Shown here in pieces: positions 1 to 13,547 of a DNA stretch of 64,000 nt. Every line of letters starts with the position of its first letter. Within the stretch, counting starts at the first letter, position 1. The DNA lies in NCBI GenBank assembly GCA_951406725.2, contig OX597820.1, positions 17,918,001 through 17,982,000 of the forward strand. The letters run 5' to 3'. The notes under the pieces are model-generated. The model had not been told where the DNA came from and did no database searches. It worked only from the letters and a program-made list of their open reading frames with translations. The DNA is from Octopus vulgaris (Eukaryota). A program made the position numbers and the translations under genes.

Positions 1-1900
1 AAACTTCTCTACCTCTTGTAGTCTGTGGTCTCCAATATGTATGTTTGGGATGACCGATGTAGCCTGACCCATGATGTTGGTCTTCTTGAGGCTGATAACT
101 AAGCCAAAGTTGCCACATGCTTGCTCAAAACAGTTGATGAGCCTTAGTAGGGCTTCTTCTGTGTATGACACCAGAGCGGCATCATCAGCAAATAGCATCT
201 CCTTGATCAGGACGCTTCTGATTTTGGTCTTGGCACGCAGACGCGAGAGATTGAACAGTTTCCCATCACTTCTACTGTGCAGAAACAGTCCATCATCTGA
301 TGTCTCAAAGGCATGTGACAGCAGCAGCGAGAAGAAGATGCCAAATAATGTAGGAGCAAGGACACAACCTTGCTTTACCCCATTTTTTTATTTAGAAGGC
401 GGCTGATGTTGAACCATTGTGCTGTATGGTTGCCTTGCATATCATCATGGAAAGATTTGATGATTTTCAGCAGCTTTGGTGGACATCCGATTTTTTGGAG
501 CAGGATGAAGAGGCCTTTTCTACTTACCAAGTCAAAGGCCTTTGTCAGATCAATGAAGGCCATATATAATGGCATTTTCTGTTCTCTGGACTTCTCCTGA
601 AGTTGACGTATCGAGAATATCATGCCAATAGTTGATATGCTTCTTCTAAAGTCACACTGCGATTCTGGATAAATTCGAGAAGCAAGCAGTTGCAGCCTGG
701 ACAGGATAATGCGAGCAGAGGCCTTTCCAACAGTGCTTAGAAGAGATATTCCACGGTAATTGTTACAATCACCACGGTCACCTTTGTTTTTGTAAAGCGT
801 AATGATGTTAGCATCCCGCATATCCTGAGGGACTGTACCCTCTTCCCAGCACTGACACAGAAGCTCATGAAGGTGCCGAAGCAGGATGGTGTTTTTGCCG
901 GCTTTGATGATCTCTGAGGGGATGCCGTCTTTTCCTGGAGCCTTGTTACTTGCTAGGGAGTCAATAGCCTTGGTGAGCTCTGCTATAGATGGCGAACTGT
1001 CAAGTTCGCACATGACTGGCAAGATCTTGACACTCTCGATTGCAGCCTCAGCTACTGTGGTCTCTCATGAGTAGAGATCCTGGTAGTACTTCACCCATCT
1101 ATCCATTTGCTTGCTTTGGTCCTTGATGAGATCCCCAATAGTTGATTTCAGAGGGGCTGACTTGGTTGCGGATGGACCGAGGGCCTTCTTCAAACCGGCA
1201 TACATCCCACGGGTGTCGCCACTGTCAGCAGCTGACTGGATACTCTGACAGATTTCCTGCCAATACCTATTTGCACAGCGTCTAGCAGTCAGTTGGGTTC
1301 TATTTCTTGCCTTTCTGAGTTCTTCGAGTGACTTTGTAGACGAATCACTCTTGTATTGCATCAGAACTGCACGCTTTGCTTCGATAACTGATTCCAGCTC
1401 TGAGAGCCGAGCACTGAACAAAATCTGGGTTTTGCCTTTCTCTCATGCCGAAAGTATCTATTGATGTGGTATACAAAGCTTCCCTGATATAATTCCACCT
1501 ACTTTTAGCAGAGGAGGTTGGGCAGCTACTGAGGGCAACTTTGATAGAAACAGCAAAACATTGTCGCAGTGTAGGGTCCGAGGTTCAGGCAGTGTTAATG
1601 CGTAGTCGGCCCATTTTCTTGGAGTGGACTTTTTTAGGCAGAATCCTCACCCTGCTTCTTATTAGTGAATGATCTGTGTCACAATTCGCGCTGTGGTAAC
1701 TACGAGTCAGTTGAACAGAATTTAGAAAGGATCTTCGTGTAATGATGAGATCCAGATGATGCCAGTGGTGAGATCTTGGATGTCTCCAAAATGCCTTGTG
1801 GGATGTCTTGTTGGCAAAGAATGTGTTGGTGATGCACAGGTTATGGTATGTGCAAAATTCAAGTAGTCTGTGGCCATTGTCAATCATGTTGCCAATACCA
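1..1900 (-). mobile_element. RTE-clade LINE fragment (5'-truncated, frameshifted APE-RT)
   Basis: Endonuclease C-terminus (NGHRLLEFC..ITNTFF..WRHPRS..DTDHSL) at 1585-1900, linker at 1065-1421, RT (KAPGKDGI, YKNKGDR..NYRGISLL, FIDLTKAFD) at 375-1022. QGCVLAPTLF and LFADD motifs lie in another frame below 400. Runs off the window edge. Confidence 0.93.
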
Positions 1901-1970
1901 AAACACATACACTTACATATATACATACATATATATACGATTAATTTGTTTCAGTTCCTGTCTACAAAAT

Positions 1971-2077
<107 letters not shown>

Positions 2078-2419
2078 AAGATATAAATTGAGAGATACAA
2101 CTGAGTGGGCAAAATTAACAAAATTAATATGTCATACTTCATTTTCAGGACCTTCACAATCAGAGGAAAATTTACGTCCACATTTTGGTACCAAGAAGCT
2201 TTGAAAATATTTTTCTCTGCTTTTTGCATCAATTTCTAACTTTCTGCTGTAAGGTATATTACACAAACAATACGAAATTTGGTAGTTCTGGAACATCGCT
2301 CCCACTTGACAAAATGAACCGTGAAAACACAAACTCAATATGGAAAATAGTTGAACTTAAGGCGGTGCTCCAACATGGCCACGGCCATACGACTGCAACT
2401 ATTAAAAGAATGAACAAGT

Positions 2420-2582
2420 AGGCGTAGGAGTGGCTGTGTGGTAAGTAGCTTGCTTACCAACCACATGGTTCCGGGTTCAGTCCCACTGCATGGCACCTTG
2501 GGCAAGTGTCTTCTACTATAGCCTCAGGCCAACAAAAGCCTTGCGAGTGGATTTGGTAGATGGAAACTGAAAGAAGCCCGTC

Positions 2583-2658
<76 letters not shown>

Positions 2659-2857
2659 GTGTATGTGTTTGTCCCCACAACATCACTTGACAACCGATGC
2701 TGGTATGCTTGCGTCCCCGTAACTTAGCGGTTCGGCAAAAGACACCGATAGAATAAGTGCTTGGCCTACAAAGAATAAGTCCTGGGGTCGATTTGCTCGA
2801 CTAAAGGCGGTGCTCCAGCATGGCCACAGTCACATGACTGAAACAAGTAAAAGAGTA
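2420..2857 (+). mobile_element. tRNA-derived SINE family A
   Basis: Head AGGCG(C/T)AGGAGTGGCTGTGTGGT (A box), GGTTCAGTCC (B box), CCTTGGGCAAG core, central (TA)/(TG) microsatellite. Further copies at about 3862, 7838, 11115, 14770, 44266, 44970, 60628 (+) and 19168, 23002, 26878, 36463, 42817 (-). Confidence 0.9.
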
Positions 2858-3557
2858 AATAGAACAGAAAAGAAAATGTTTCATACTTAAGAATTATGCT
2901 AGAGAGATGATATTGAGAACCAGTAGAGAGAAATTGATAGCAAAATAAAGAGAATATTTTATTCTATACTAAGACTTGTTTCCACTAAGACTTGTTAAAA
3001 GAAATGAGAAAGAAAGAAATTAAGAATTTTTAAACGTCATGTCAAGAAAATGAAATATTTCTCCACCTCAGGGACATAACTTAACTTGTGTAATTAGTAT
3101 TTCTAAGATAAAGAGGGCAGGCCAGTGGTTTACTGCTACAGGGACGCATTGTGGGACTTAACCAACTCGGACTGAGTCAACTGAGCGCGGGGGTCTGATG
3201 TTAAAAGACCCAGAACTTCCTGAGATCCCAGAAAATCTCAGAGAATCCATGAGATGTGTCTTCAAAACTTAAAACTAAACTAAGGGAAGTAACTCATACG
3301 ATGACTTCTAAGGGAGATAAGTTTTGTTACTAACTAGCTCGGGCGGTTATAGCAGACTGCTACTCAATGAGAGTTCGAATACCATCTTCATCAAACAAAT
3401 ATTTATTTTTGATGACGGTCGTTAGCAGAATCGTTAGAGCACCGAAGAAAATGCCTTGTGGTATTTGTGTTCGAATCTTCATGCCTTGAATTTACATCTC
3501 GCAAAGCTCAACTTCGCCTCGCATCCTTCCGGAGTTGATTAAAATAAATATCAATAA

Positions 3558-3860
3558 CTAGCAGTATCGCCCGGCGTTGCTCGGGTTTGTAAGGGAAATA
3601 ACTATATAAGCATTTTAGAGAGTTACTTCCCTTATATAATAGCAAAAAAAATGCATTAAAAATGGGAAAAAATGATGGTAATTTTTTTTTTAAATCGTAG
3701 ACTCATTATAGACGCGCGCTAATACCCAGAAGGGCTCGATATGAACGACGACTATAAGATACCCGCTTTTGGTTAAACTGCACCGCAAAATGTGGGAGTA
3801 GTTAGGAATCTAAATCGTAGGAGTCAGACACTCACACAACTTCACTTTTATATATAAAGA
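3558..3860 (-). mobile_element. Non-autonomous Helitron
   Basis: Reverse-complement copy of the 13961 family with TC...hairpin-CTAG ends. Partial copies at 43402-43642 and 63864-64000. Confidence 0.85.
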
Positions 3861-3861
3861 T

Positions 3862-4372
<511 letters not shown>

Positions 4373-5236
4373 ATGTACGGACTGGGGGGGGTGTCAATTT
4401 AATCGATTTCTCTCTCTTAATAAATTAAGTACCAGTAGCGTACTGAGGTCGATCTAATCGACTGGACCCCTCCCCCAAAATTTCGGGCCTTGTGCCTAGA
4501 GTAGAAAAGAATCGTTAGCACGTCGGACGAAATGCAGCTAAGCATTTTGACTTTACATCCTCAGTTCAAATGTCGTTGAGGTCGACTTTGCCTTTCATCT
4601 TTTTGGATTTCGATAAAATATGCACCAATCAAGTGCGGGAGTCGATGTAATCCACTTCCCCCACCACCACTACAATCTCACTTACACACACACACTTTCC
4701 AAAAAATTCCAGCCTTGTGTATATAGTTTGTTCCTTCTCGAGCCGTGCCTGGCTCATAGGGCCGGTTTCCCGATAGGTTCCCCCACCAGGACGGGACGCC
4801 GGTCCGTCGCAGGTGAGCTGCAAGAAGGCAGGAGGAAATAGTGAGAGAAAGTTGTGGCGAAAGAATCAGCAGAAGTTCGCCATTACTTTCTGCCGGAGCC
4901 GCAGACACACACATCGCTCGGTCTGAGATTCGAACCTGCGATGCCTCGACCGCGAGTCCGCTGCTCTAACCACTAAGGCCATGTGCCTCCACTTGAGCCT
5001 ATAGTAGAAAGGATTATTAGCTTAACGAGCAGAGCAGCGAGCTGGCAGAATCGTTAGCACACGTCTTTACGTTCTAAGTTCGAATCCCGCAGAGGTCCAC
5101 TTTGTTTTTCATCTTTTGGGGTTCGATGAAATAAATACTAGTTGGTCACTGAACTCAATACAATCGATCCCAAAAAAAAATCTGAGGCTATGTGCCTGCA
5201 GCAGAACGGATTTTTAGTATAACGACTATCTTCTTA

Positions 5237-5622
5237 GCACTCCGTCGGTTACGACGACGAGGGTTCCGGTTGATCCGAATCAACGGAACAGCCTGCTCGT
5301 GAAATTAACGTGTAAGTGGCTGAGCACTCCACAGATACGTGCACCCTTAACGTAGTTCTCGGGGATATTCAGCGTGACACAGAGAGTGACATGGCCGGCC
5401 CTTTGAAATACAGGTACAACAGAAACAGGAAGTAAGAGTGAGAGAAAGTTGTGGTGAAAGAGTACAGCAGGGATCACCACCATCCCTGCCGGAGCCTCGT
5501 GGAGTTTTTTTTTTTAGGTGTTTTCGCTCAATAAACACTCTCAACGCCCGGTCTGGGAATCGAAACCGCGATCCTCTGACCGTGAGTCCGCTGCCCTAAC
5601 CACTGGGCCATTGCGCCTCCAC
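5237..5622 (-). mobile_element. tRNA-derived SINE family C
   Basis: Head GTGGAGGCGCAATGGCCCAGTGGTTAGGGC, B box GGTTTCGATTCC. Related copies at about 4727-4992, 27915-28136, 30813-31062, 31125-31417, 42363-42699, 63304-63670 (-) and 24922-25475 (+). Confidence 0.85.
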
Positions 5623-5920
5623 TAGGATATTCAGTATAACGACTATATCGAGATACAAAATATGTTTCAACACACGAATTCACACGAAGAATATTGAAAA
5701 CTGAATTTTAAAAAAATAAATAAAAGACGAAAGCGTCTAAAATTGTTGCTTCCCTTAGATCTTTAGCTTAAACATTGAAGTTAAAATAAGTTTCTTGTTC
5801 GCTTGAAGGCCCTAACGTATGATAGTGGTCGATCATCATTAGCAGAAGTCCTAGTAGAGACATGAATGCAGGATGGCGGCGAACCCAGCACGCACTTGAG
5901 TGGCCATTTAATTACGGAAT

Positions 5921-6039
5921 ATGAAGTTGATGGGAACATGGAGATCGTCCGTTACGCTTTTATTTTTCTTCCTGCTCATCTCACCCATTCAGTTTTGTCA
6001 GCTGAGAAAATTCACAAAACAGGATCTCCTGGGTTACAA
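5921..6039 (+). CDS. EDEM2: EDEM2 coding exon 1 (signal peptide)
   Basis: ATG at 5921 gives MKLMGTWRSSVTLLFFFLLISPIQFCQLRKFTKQDLLGY(K), a hydrophobic signal-like stretch. Donor aa|GTTAGT at 6040; phase 2 matches exon 2. Confidence 0.8.
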
Positions 6040-6364
6040 GTTAGTATTTTAACAGACGACGAAGTTCTAATTAGCTTTTTTTTCTTTTTTTTCTTTTGAG
6101 ATATTCTTGCTTGTTTTGTTTGGTTTTTGAAATTTATTTTAATATAACTTTTTCGGAAACATACTTCTTATATTTATTAACCAACGTAATGATGATCGCA
6201 TCCGCGTGGTCGTCTCTCTTCCTTGCTACTGGCATCTATCTATAAAATAAGTACCTTTTAGATCAGATCCTGTAACTTCCTCGAAGCCCCACATAAACTA
6301 GGTTTCGTATCTGAAAAACAAATTAATTTCAAAATTAATTTTATTTGCTAGTTTAATCGATTCG

Positions 6365-6379
6365 TCACGTCAACATTGG
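6365..6379 (-). promoter_or_regulatory. UPRE-like TGACGTGA with adjacent CCAAT in EDEM2 intron 1
   Basis: + strand TCACGTCA-AC-ATTGG, about 325 nt after exon 1. Confidence 0.35.
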
Positions 6380-7991
6380 CGTCGTATTTTGGCAAAAATC
6401 AATCTGGATCGACTTATGTGGGATAACAGAGGCTATTGAGACATTAAAGAATTCTAACGAATATTTTTTTCACTATCCAAATTACGATGTATCTTCACCG
6501 GTCTGAAGCCAAGACCCTGACTGACACGATTCGGCTTTTGATCCTTTGTAAATTTCTTCATCAATGTATCCCATAGACGGTTTATTTAACTATACGTACG
6601 TTGTCTTTTCATAAACAATGGTCAAAATTCCTTATTTGTTCTAACTTACATGGTTTCGATTCCCTATACTTGTTAAGGTAGGGCATAGCCGAAATAGATT
6701 TACATGTCATATTGTAACTACGTATAGCTCTTTGGATAAACTTAGTCGCTTTTGTTTTCATTAAGTATTGTTATCGAAAGGTGAGATGTTTTATTAATCA
6801 ATGCACTACATTAATGCACAAACATTCTTGAACTTGCAAAAATACATTTATGCGGTCGCTTGACCTAAAAGAAATAGCAGCTAAATTCCCCTTAAATCCT
6901 TCGTAATGATTTGGAAAAGATTTTACCTAAAACTACATTTGGTAATGTAATATTGAATAAACTTTGCCCGGAAAAGCAAAAATAATTCTTTTGTTTTTTA
7001 ATCTGGCCCTGGTTGAAACGCTTTTGGTTATAAGTTTACCTGCTTGGAGACGGCCTAGGGCTAAACAAGAACAACAACAAAAATATTATCATTCGGAAGT
7101 CGATTCACTCGACTAGATGTTACATTTTATTTTAAAGTATTTTGTTATTGTTAGTAGTAGTATTTAACCCCAGGACTGTACTGATCGAGTGAGCCGATGA
7201 TCAAAAATATTCCGGCCTTGGCTCTCCCTTTTATTTCATTTTTTTTTCCAAGTATAAAATTTGCCTCTGACTACATTATCATATTCTTCTTTCAGTTCAT
7301 TTCTTTTCTTTTTTTTTAAAAGGACTTTAAGGTAACTCTGAGGCGGTGAACTGTTATGATCGTTAGCACGCCGAAGAGAATGCTTAAACCCTACGTCGAC
7401 CGGCTTTACGGTCTGAGTTCAAATTCCGCTGAGGTCGACTTTATCTTTCATCCTTTTGGGGTCGATAAACTCAGTATCAGTTCAGCACTGGAGTCGATGT
7501 AATGGACTAGCCCTCTCCTCCAAAATTCCAGGCCTTGTGCCTATTGCTGAAAAAAAAGCGGGAGTGGAATTGTGGCTGCTATTTCTAGCAGGTGGAGCTA
7601 TGTGTAAACTTTCTCTCATTGGCTCCAGACGATATTTTGTTATTGCCTTGAAATAGCTATTAGGTTATATCATGGTTTATTATTTTATTTTGTTGTCATG
7701 GAAACTCTGAGCAGTTGCCCAGGGGCCACTTCTGATCGGTGTATGCTGTGGGTTACTGTCCGTAAATAAATATTTTAGGGGCTAGTGCATTGATTTGCGC
7801 GGGTTGGCGGTGTATAATGCTGCTAAAATGCACTGTGTGCAGGAGTGGCTGTGGTAAGAAGCTTGCTTACCAACCACATGATTCCGGGTTCAGTCCCACT
7901 GCGTAGCACCTTGGACTAGTGTCTTCCACTTTAGCCTCGGGCTGACCAAAGCTTTGTGAGTGGATTTCGTAGACAGAAACTGAAATCCATC

Positions 7992-8059
<68 letters not shown>

Positions 8060-8792
8060 TTGTTATTTGTGTCTGTGTTTGTTCCCCACCACCACCATCG
8101 CTTGACAACCGATGTTGGTGTGTTTATGTCCCCGATTGAATAAGTACTAGGTTTACAAAGAATAAGTCCCGAGACTGATTTGTTCGACTAAAGGCGGTGC
8201 TCCAGCACGGCCGCAGTCAAATGACTGAAACAAATAAAAGAGTGTGTGTATTGTGTATAATATAGAGATGGGTTGTCTTCAGATCACCCAAGTAAAAAAA
8301 AAAACATTCGCTTTGTTATACGTGTATTTATTTTATACGTCAATTCTTACCCCCACACCACCACCACCACCTCTCTTCATGCATACAATATCAACATATT
8401 TTGTCACGTTAATAAAACCTTCGGCTTTTAATATTGATTCTAAAAGAAGAAGAAAAAATGTCGTTCATATCTGATACATTATATTTCAACTGTTCTCACA
8501 ATATCTTACCTAATTACTCTGTTTTTTATAAAAAAAAATTTCGAATTTGTTTTTAATAATTACAACAATCAGACAGTGGTGTCATTGTTATGCTGATGTT
8601 GTTGTGGCTTGCATGCCTTTTGCATGCTTGCTTGCTCACGGTTCGCAGAATTGTTTAAAATGACTATCAGTTCGATGCCCAGGAAAGACTTCCACCCCAC
8701 CACCACCACCACCACCACCATTTTCTGGCAAATTATTGTTTTTTTAAATTTTTTTTTTTTGCCACGTTTCTTCATTTTTCACTTTTACCGTA

Positions 8793-8887
8793 GCCCTAAC
8801 CCTAAAACCCAAACCCTAACACCCTAACCCTAAAACCCTAACCCTAAAACCCCAACCCTAAAACCCCAACCCTAAAACCCTAACCCA
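8793..8887. repeat. Interstitial telomere-like (CCCTAA/CCCTAAAA)n
   Basis: About 13 degenerate units. Confidence 0.85.
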
Positions 8888-9614
8888 GGGCATACAAAAG
8901 GAAGTCTTGCCAAGATTTTTTTATTCTTTGATAGTGCTCTGCATCAATAACATTGTTAAATCATGTTATTAACAGGTGTTTGTAGATTTAAACTTAGCAT
9001 AAACTTCGATGAAATAAATACAACATATGTTACCCAAGGTAAAAGTTGCTGTAAGTCGGTTGTTTTGCTTTGTTTTCTTTTCTTTTGTTTTTTTCCTGCA
9101 TTACACAGTGATCTTCCTGATCTGCATTTATACTCCGACAAGTATAACTTTGTATTTTTCTCCTCTTTGATATCAAGAAAATGGCAGAGGTAAAGAATAC
9201 ACACAGCACCCGTTTTCGGCATAAACCTAACTTTAAACTCTAACCCAGACCCTAAACACCAAGTGCACGTATTCTTTTCCTTCACCCATAAAATAATTCC
9301 TTAGTTCCACGATATATCTCACGGATGCATAATCAGGTGATGTTTCTGGGGTCTTAGAGATCTTCGGATCTTTCAGCATCAGGCCTCACCTTCGCCTATT
9401 TGGTCCGGCTGAGATTGATCAAGTCCCTGCTTGCATCCCAGTAGCAACAAGCCACCAGTCTACCCTCTTTATCCAAAACCGTCTAATGGCCTTCACTCCA
9501 ACTCCATCCATCCATTCATCTATCATCTCTGGCTTCTATTACTGGAAGGGTCATGGGTTAGATCCCTCATACCTTCCATCCCATGCCAGCATGGAAAGCA
9601 GACAGGGTCCTATT

Positions 9615-9760
9615 CAGGGCTGGTTCTAGGGTTCTGGCACCCCGGGTAAGCTGAACTTTAGCATGTACAAGCTGATGGTCATGAAAATTTCCGTCTTTGT
9701 TACACCCTCCTTGGCACCCCGGGTGACTGCTCGAGTTGTCGGTACCTTGAGCCAGCCCTG
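9615..9760. mobile_element. hAT-type MITE
   Basis: CAGGGCTGG...CCAGCCCTG termini with an 8-bp TSD, GTCCTATT. Confidence 0.85.
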
Positions 9761-10429
9761 GTCCTATTAGAAGTCACTGTCATTACACTTTCTGTCTGGA
9801 TTCCCAAGCATAACCATCTGAGACTATGGACATCTCATTCTTGGTCCACCCCTAAGTCTCCTGGCGGTTGGCTCAGCTCAAAGAATCCATCTTGCAATTC
9901 TTTCCTGCAACATTCTAACCACATGTCTGTAGTACCAGAACTGTGATCTCTCTCAATGCTGAGAATTAACTTGGAGCCTGGTGCAGCCTTCTGGCTTCCC
10001 AGACCCCGGTCAAACCGTCCAACCCATGCTAGCATGGAAAACGGACGTTAAACAATGATGATGATGATGATGATGATGATGAATGGAATTTACAGCCTTC
10101 TTCTTTGCTGCACAAAAAAAAAGTACCTTGGTTTCTCTTACACAGCAGATTGGGGGGTGGGGAATCTCCTCTGAGAATTATCATTCTCAAAGAATTCAGT
10201 TGAATTAGCAATACACAATATTATAGTGTTAAGATAGATATGGACTAATCATCGTCATCATCATCATCATCATTTAATATCTGTTTTCCACGCTGGTATG
10301 AGTTGGACAGCTTGACAGGAGCTGGCCAAGCCACAGTTACACTAGGCTCTAATTGTCTGTTTTGACAAGGTTCCTATGATTGGACACCCTTCCTAATGCC
10401 AACCACTTTCCAGAGTGTACTGGGTGTTT

Positions 10430-10890
10430 TATACATGGCATAGCACAGGTGCTTTTTGTGTAATACCAGAACAGGTGCTTTTTATGTGGCACCAGCAGGG
10501 ATGCCTTTCTTATGTGGGACCAGTATGGGTGGTTTTACATGGAACCAGCAGAGATGTTTTTTTTATATGGTACCAGTGCAGGTGCTTTTTACGTGGCACC
10601 AGTATTTGTGCTTTTTATATGACACCAGCACTGGTGCTTTTTACGTGGCACCAGCACTGGTGCTTTTTACGTGGCACCAATATTGGTGCTTTTTACGTGG
10701 CACCAGCATTGGTGCTTTTTATGTGGCACCAGTATGACTGCTTTTTATGTGGCACCAGTATTGGTGCTTTTTATATGGCACCAGCACTAGTGCTTTTTAT
10801 GTGGCACCAGCACTGGTGCTTTTTACGTGGCACCAGCACTGGTGCTTTTTACAGGGCACCAGCACTGGTGCTTTTTACGTGGCACTAGCA
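10430..10890. repeat. 26-bp minisatellite (GTGGCACCAGCACTGGTGCTTTTTAC)n
   Basis: About 16-17 tandem units, degenerate at the left end. Confidence 0.92.
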
Positions 10891-11114
10891 CAGGATATTC
10901 ATTTCTCCCTCTCTTCTGCACCTGTTACCTTTGTATCTCCTATTAATATTCTGAGCTTTTCAGTCAAGGAAACTGCTGTTACTACTTTATCACTTTATAT
11001 GTCAATGGTAGAATGTTTTACCTCTTATGTAATCCAAAGTTGTTTGTGCTTTTCGACTTGTACACACATCACAAAATGATAAAGCAACAGAGGCAAAGAG
11101 AAATAGCTTATGTT

Positions 11115-11336
11115 AGGCGCAGGAGTGGCTGTGTGGTAAGGAGCTTGTTTTCCAACCACATGGTTCCAGGTTCGGTCCTACTGTGTGGCAACTTGGGCAA
11201 GTGTCTTCTGCTATAGCTTCAGGCCGACCAAAGCCTTGTGAGTGGATTTGGTAGACGGAAACTGAAAGAAGCCCGTCGTATATATGTATGTATGTATGGA
11301 TATATGTATGTATGTATATATACATATACGTATGTG

Positions 11337-11393
<57 letters not shown>

Positions 11394-11643
11394 GTGTATG
11401 TGTATATATATATGTATATATATGTATGTATGTGTTTGTTGTTTGTATCTGTGTTTGTCCCCCCACCATCGCTTGACAACCGATGCTGGTGTGTCTACGT
11501 CCCCGTAACTTACCAGTTCGGCAAAAAGAGACCGACAGAATAAGTACTAGGCTTACAAAGAATAAGTCCTGGGGTCGATTTTATTCGACTAAAGGTGGTG
11601 CTCCAGCATGACCGCAGTCAAATAGCTGAAACAAGTAAAAGTG
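11115..11643 (+). mobile_element. SINE family A
   Basis: Full colinear copy. Confidence 0.9.
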
Positions 11644-11887
11644 TAAAAATCACATAAAATACTTGGAGATAGCGAGGCCCTTTTTATTCTTTCTTTCCCT
11701 AAAAAAAATTAATTAAAATTAAATAAATTTCTAAAAACCTCAAATAACACAAATAAATTTCAAATTGAAATTCACATGATTAAAACTTATCTTATGCATG
11801 TATAAAATATAAAGCTTGCATCTATAAAACACATCTCTTAAATTTAATTATCTGATATATTTTTTAAATCTTTTTAATTCTTTCCAG

Positions 11888-11998
11888 GAAGCGTGTTGTG
11901 GATATGTTCAATCATGCATATGAAAGTTACATGCAGTATGCTTATCCACTAGATGAACTCCGTCCTTTGACATGTGATGGTCATGACACTTGGGGCAG
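11888..11998 (+). CDS. EDEM2: EDEM2 exon 2
   Basis: tttccAG| ... |GTGAG, 111 nt. [36 protein letters not shown] is the GH47/EDEM2 N-terminal motif. Confidence 0.96.
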
Positions 11999-12914
11999 GT
12001 GAGAGTTGGCATGGCATGTTTTTTTTTTTATCTATACTAGCCTAGTACCTGTCAAAAATGGCAGGTTTTATTTGAGTATGAAATGTATAATACAAATGTA
12101 AATTTTATATAGGCAAAGGCATGGATGTGTGGTTAAGAAGTGTAGTTTGGGATTATCCCACTGCATGGTGTCATAGAGAAGTGTTTTCTATTTTAGCCCT
12201 TGGCTGACCAAAGCCTTGTAAATGGATTTGGTAAAGAAAAATTGAAAGATGCTTGTCATATATGTGTGGGGGGAGGGTGAATGGTTTTTTTTTTTTTTTC
12301 GGTTTATACAGATGGCTCTCTTCTTATAACTGACCACTTTACAGTATTAGCATTGTAGTTGCGGGTGAACCCCCTTAGTCTCCTGGCAACTAATATTTTT
12401 AGTCCCAGTTTGCCACTGTATATATATCTCTTATTATAAAAGGCAGATTTTATCTGCCTCCCTTTGTCACTTATAGAAATCTACAATATAGGATTTCTTC
12501 AATTACAATTTACCTAGCATTTTTAAGAGTAGAATGCATCGGGTCATGCCAGGTCCAGTTTTTAAAATTTAAACTCCAATTAAGCAAAATTTACAGAAAA
12601 CTCACATTCTGGTGTGTATGTCAAATGCTTTTCTTAATGTGGTTTACACCACACGCACACGCACACACACAGTGTGCAACGAATAAAATGAAAGTAATTC
12701 ACTGTGTGTGTGTTGACAGGTAGACAATAGAATGCGATGGCGATGTAATATTTGTTTCTGTCTATCACGCTGATAGATACATGAGTAAAATGTATGGCAA
12801 GCTAAGAGATAAGAGTGAGTGAAAATGTTCTTGGAAGAGAGTAAATAGCGAGAGTGATTTGAGGAAGACTTTACATTAAATAACCGTAGTGGCTTGTATA
12901 TATATATATATACA

Positions 12915-13182
12915 TACATAAGACAGTAAGGTGTGATTTGAGGGAGATTTGGCTGCTATTTCTACCATGTCTAGCTGCCATGTAGGGGTCTCCCTCATAG
13001 GCTCATACATACATATATACATAGATAAGACAGTAAGGTGTGATTTGGGGGAAATTTGGCTGCTATTTCTACCAGGTCTAGCTACCATGTAGAGGTCCCC
13101 CTCATTGGCTCATATATATATACATACATAAGACAGTAAGGTGTGATTTGAGGGAGATTTGGCTGCTGTTTCTACCAGGTCT
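12915..13182. repeat. ~105-bp tandem repeat (2.5 copies)
   Basis: AAGACAGTAAGGTGTGATTTG.GGGA.ATTTGGCTG repeats at 12920, 13027 and 13130. Confidence 0.88.
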
Positions 13183-13547
13183 GTTAGGCCTTCTCATGTA
13201 AACTCAAGCTTTCTCATGCCTTGAACATAAGACCAAAGCAGAGAATGTATTCTTTTATTCTTCTGCTTTTTCCAGCCATTGGTCTGTGGCCATGCTGGGG
13301 CAATGCCTTGAAGAATTGTAGTTTAATGAATCAACTCCAGTTTTATTTTTGTAAGCATTGTACTTATTCTATCTGTTTCCTTTGTCAAACCACTAGGTGA
13401 CAGGGATGTAAACAAACCAACATTCGTTGTCAAGCAGTGGTGGAGGACAATCACAAGCACAGACACGCACACACACACACATACATGCATACACATATAC
13501 ACACATACATACATACATACATATATATATATGTGTGTATATATATA

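Noticed and set aside
3334-3384. tRNA-like A/B boxes (TAGCTCGGGCGG...GAGTTCGAATACC)
   Set aside because: No cloverleaf or acceptor stem; at best a decayed SINE head. No true tRNA gene was identified in the window.
5873-5911. In-frame UGA upstream of EDEM2 as selenocysteine or readthrough extension
   Set aside because: A TAA follows four codons later in the same frame.
5866-6099. 77-aa ORF-track ORF as EDEM2 exon 1
   Set aside because: Wrong phase for exon 2 and no signal peptide. The 5921 frame fits both.
8793-8887. True telomere or chromosome-fusion site
   Set aside because: Short, degenerate, single orientation and intronic.
10430-10890. CRISPR-like array of palindromic 26-bp repeats
   Set aside because: The units are contiguous with no unique spacers, there are no cas genes, and the context is eukaryotic. 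It is a minisatellite.
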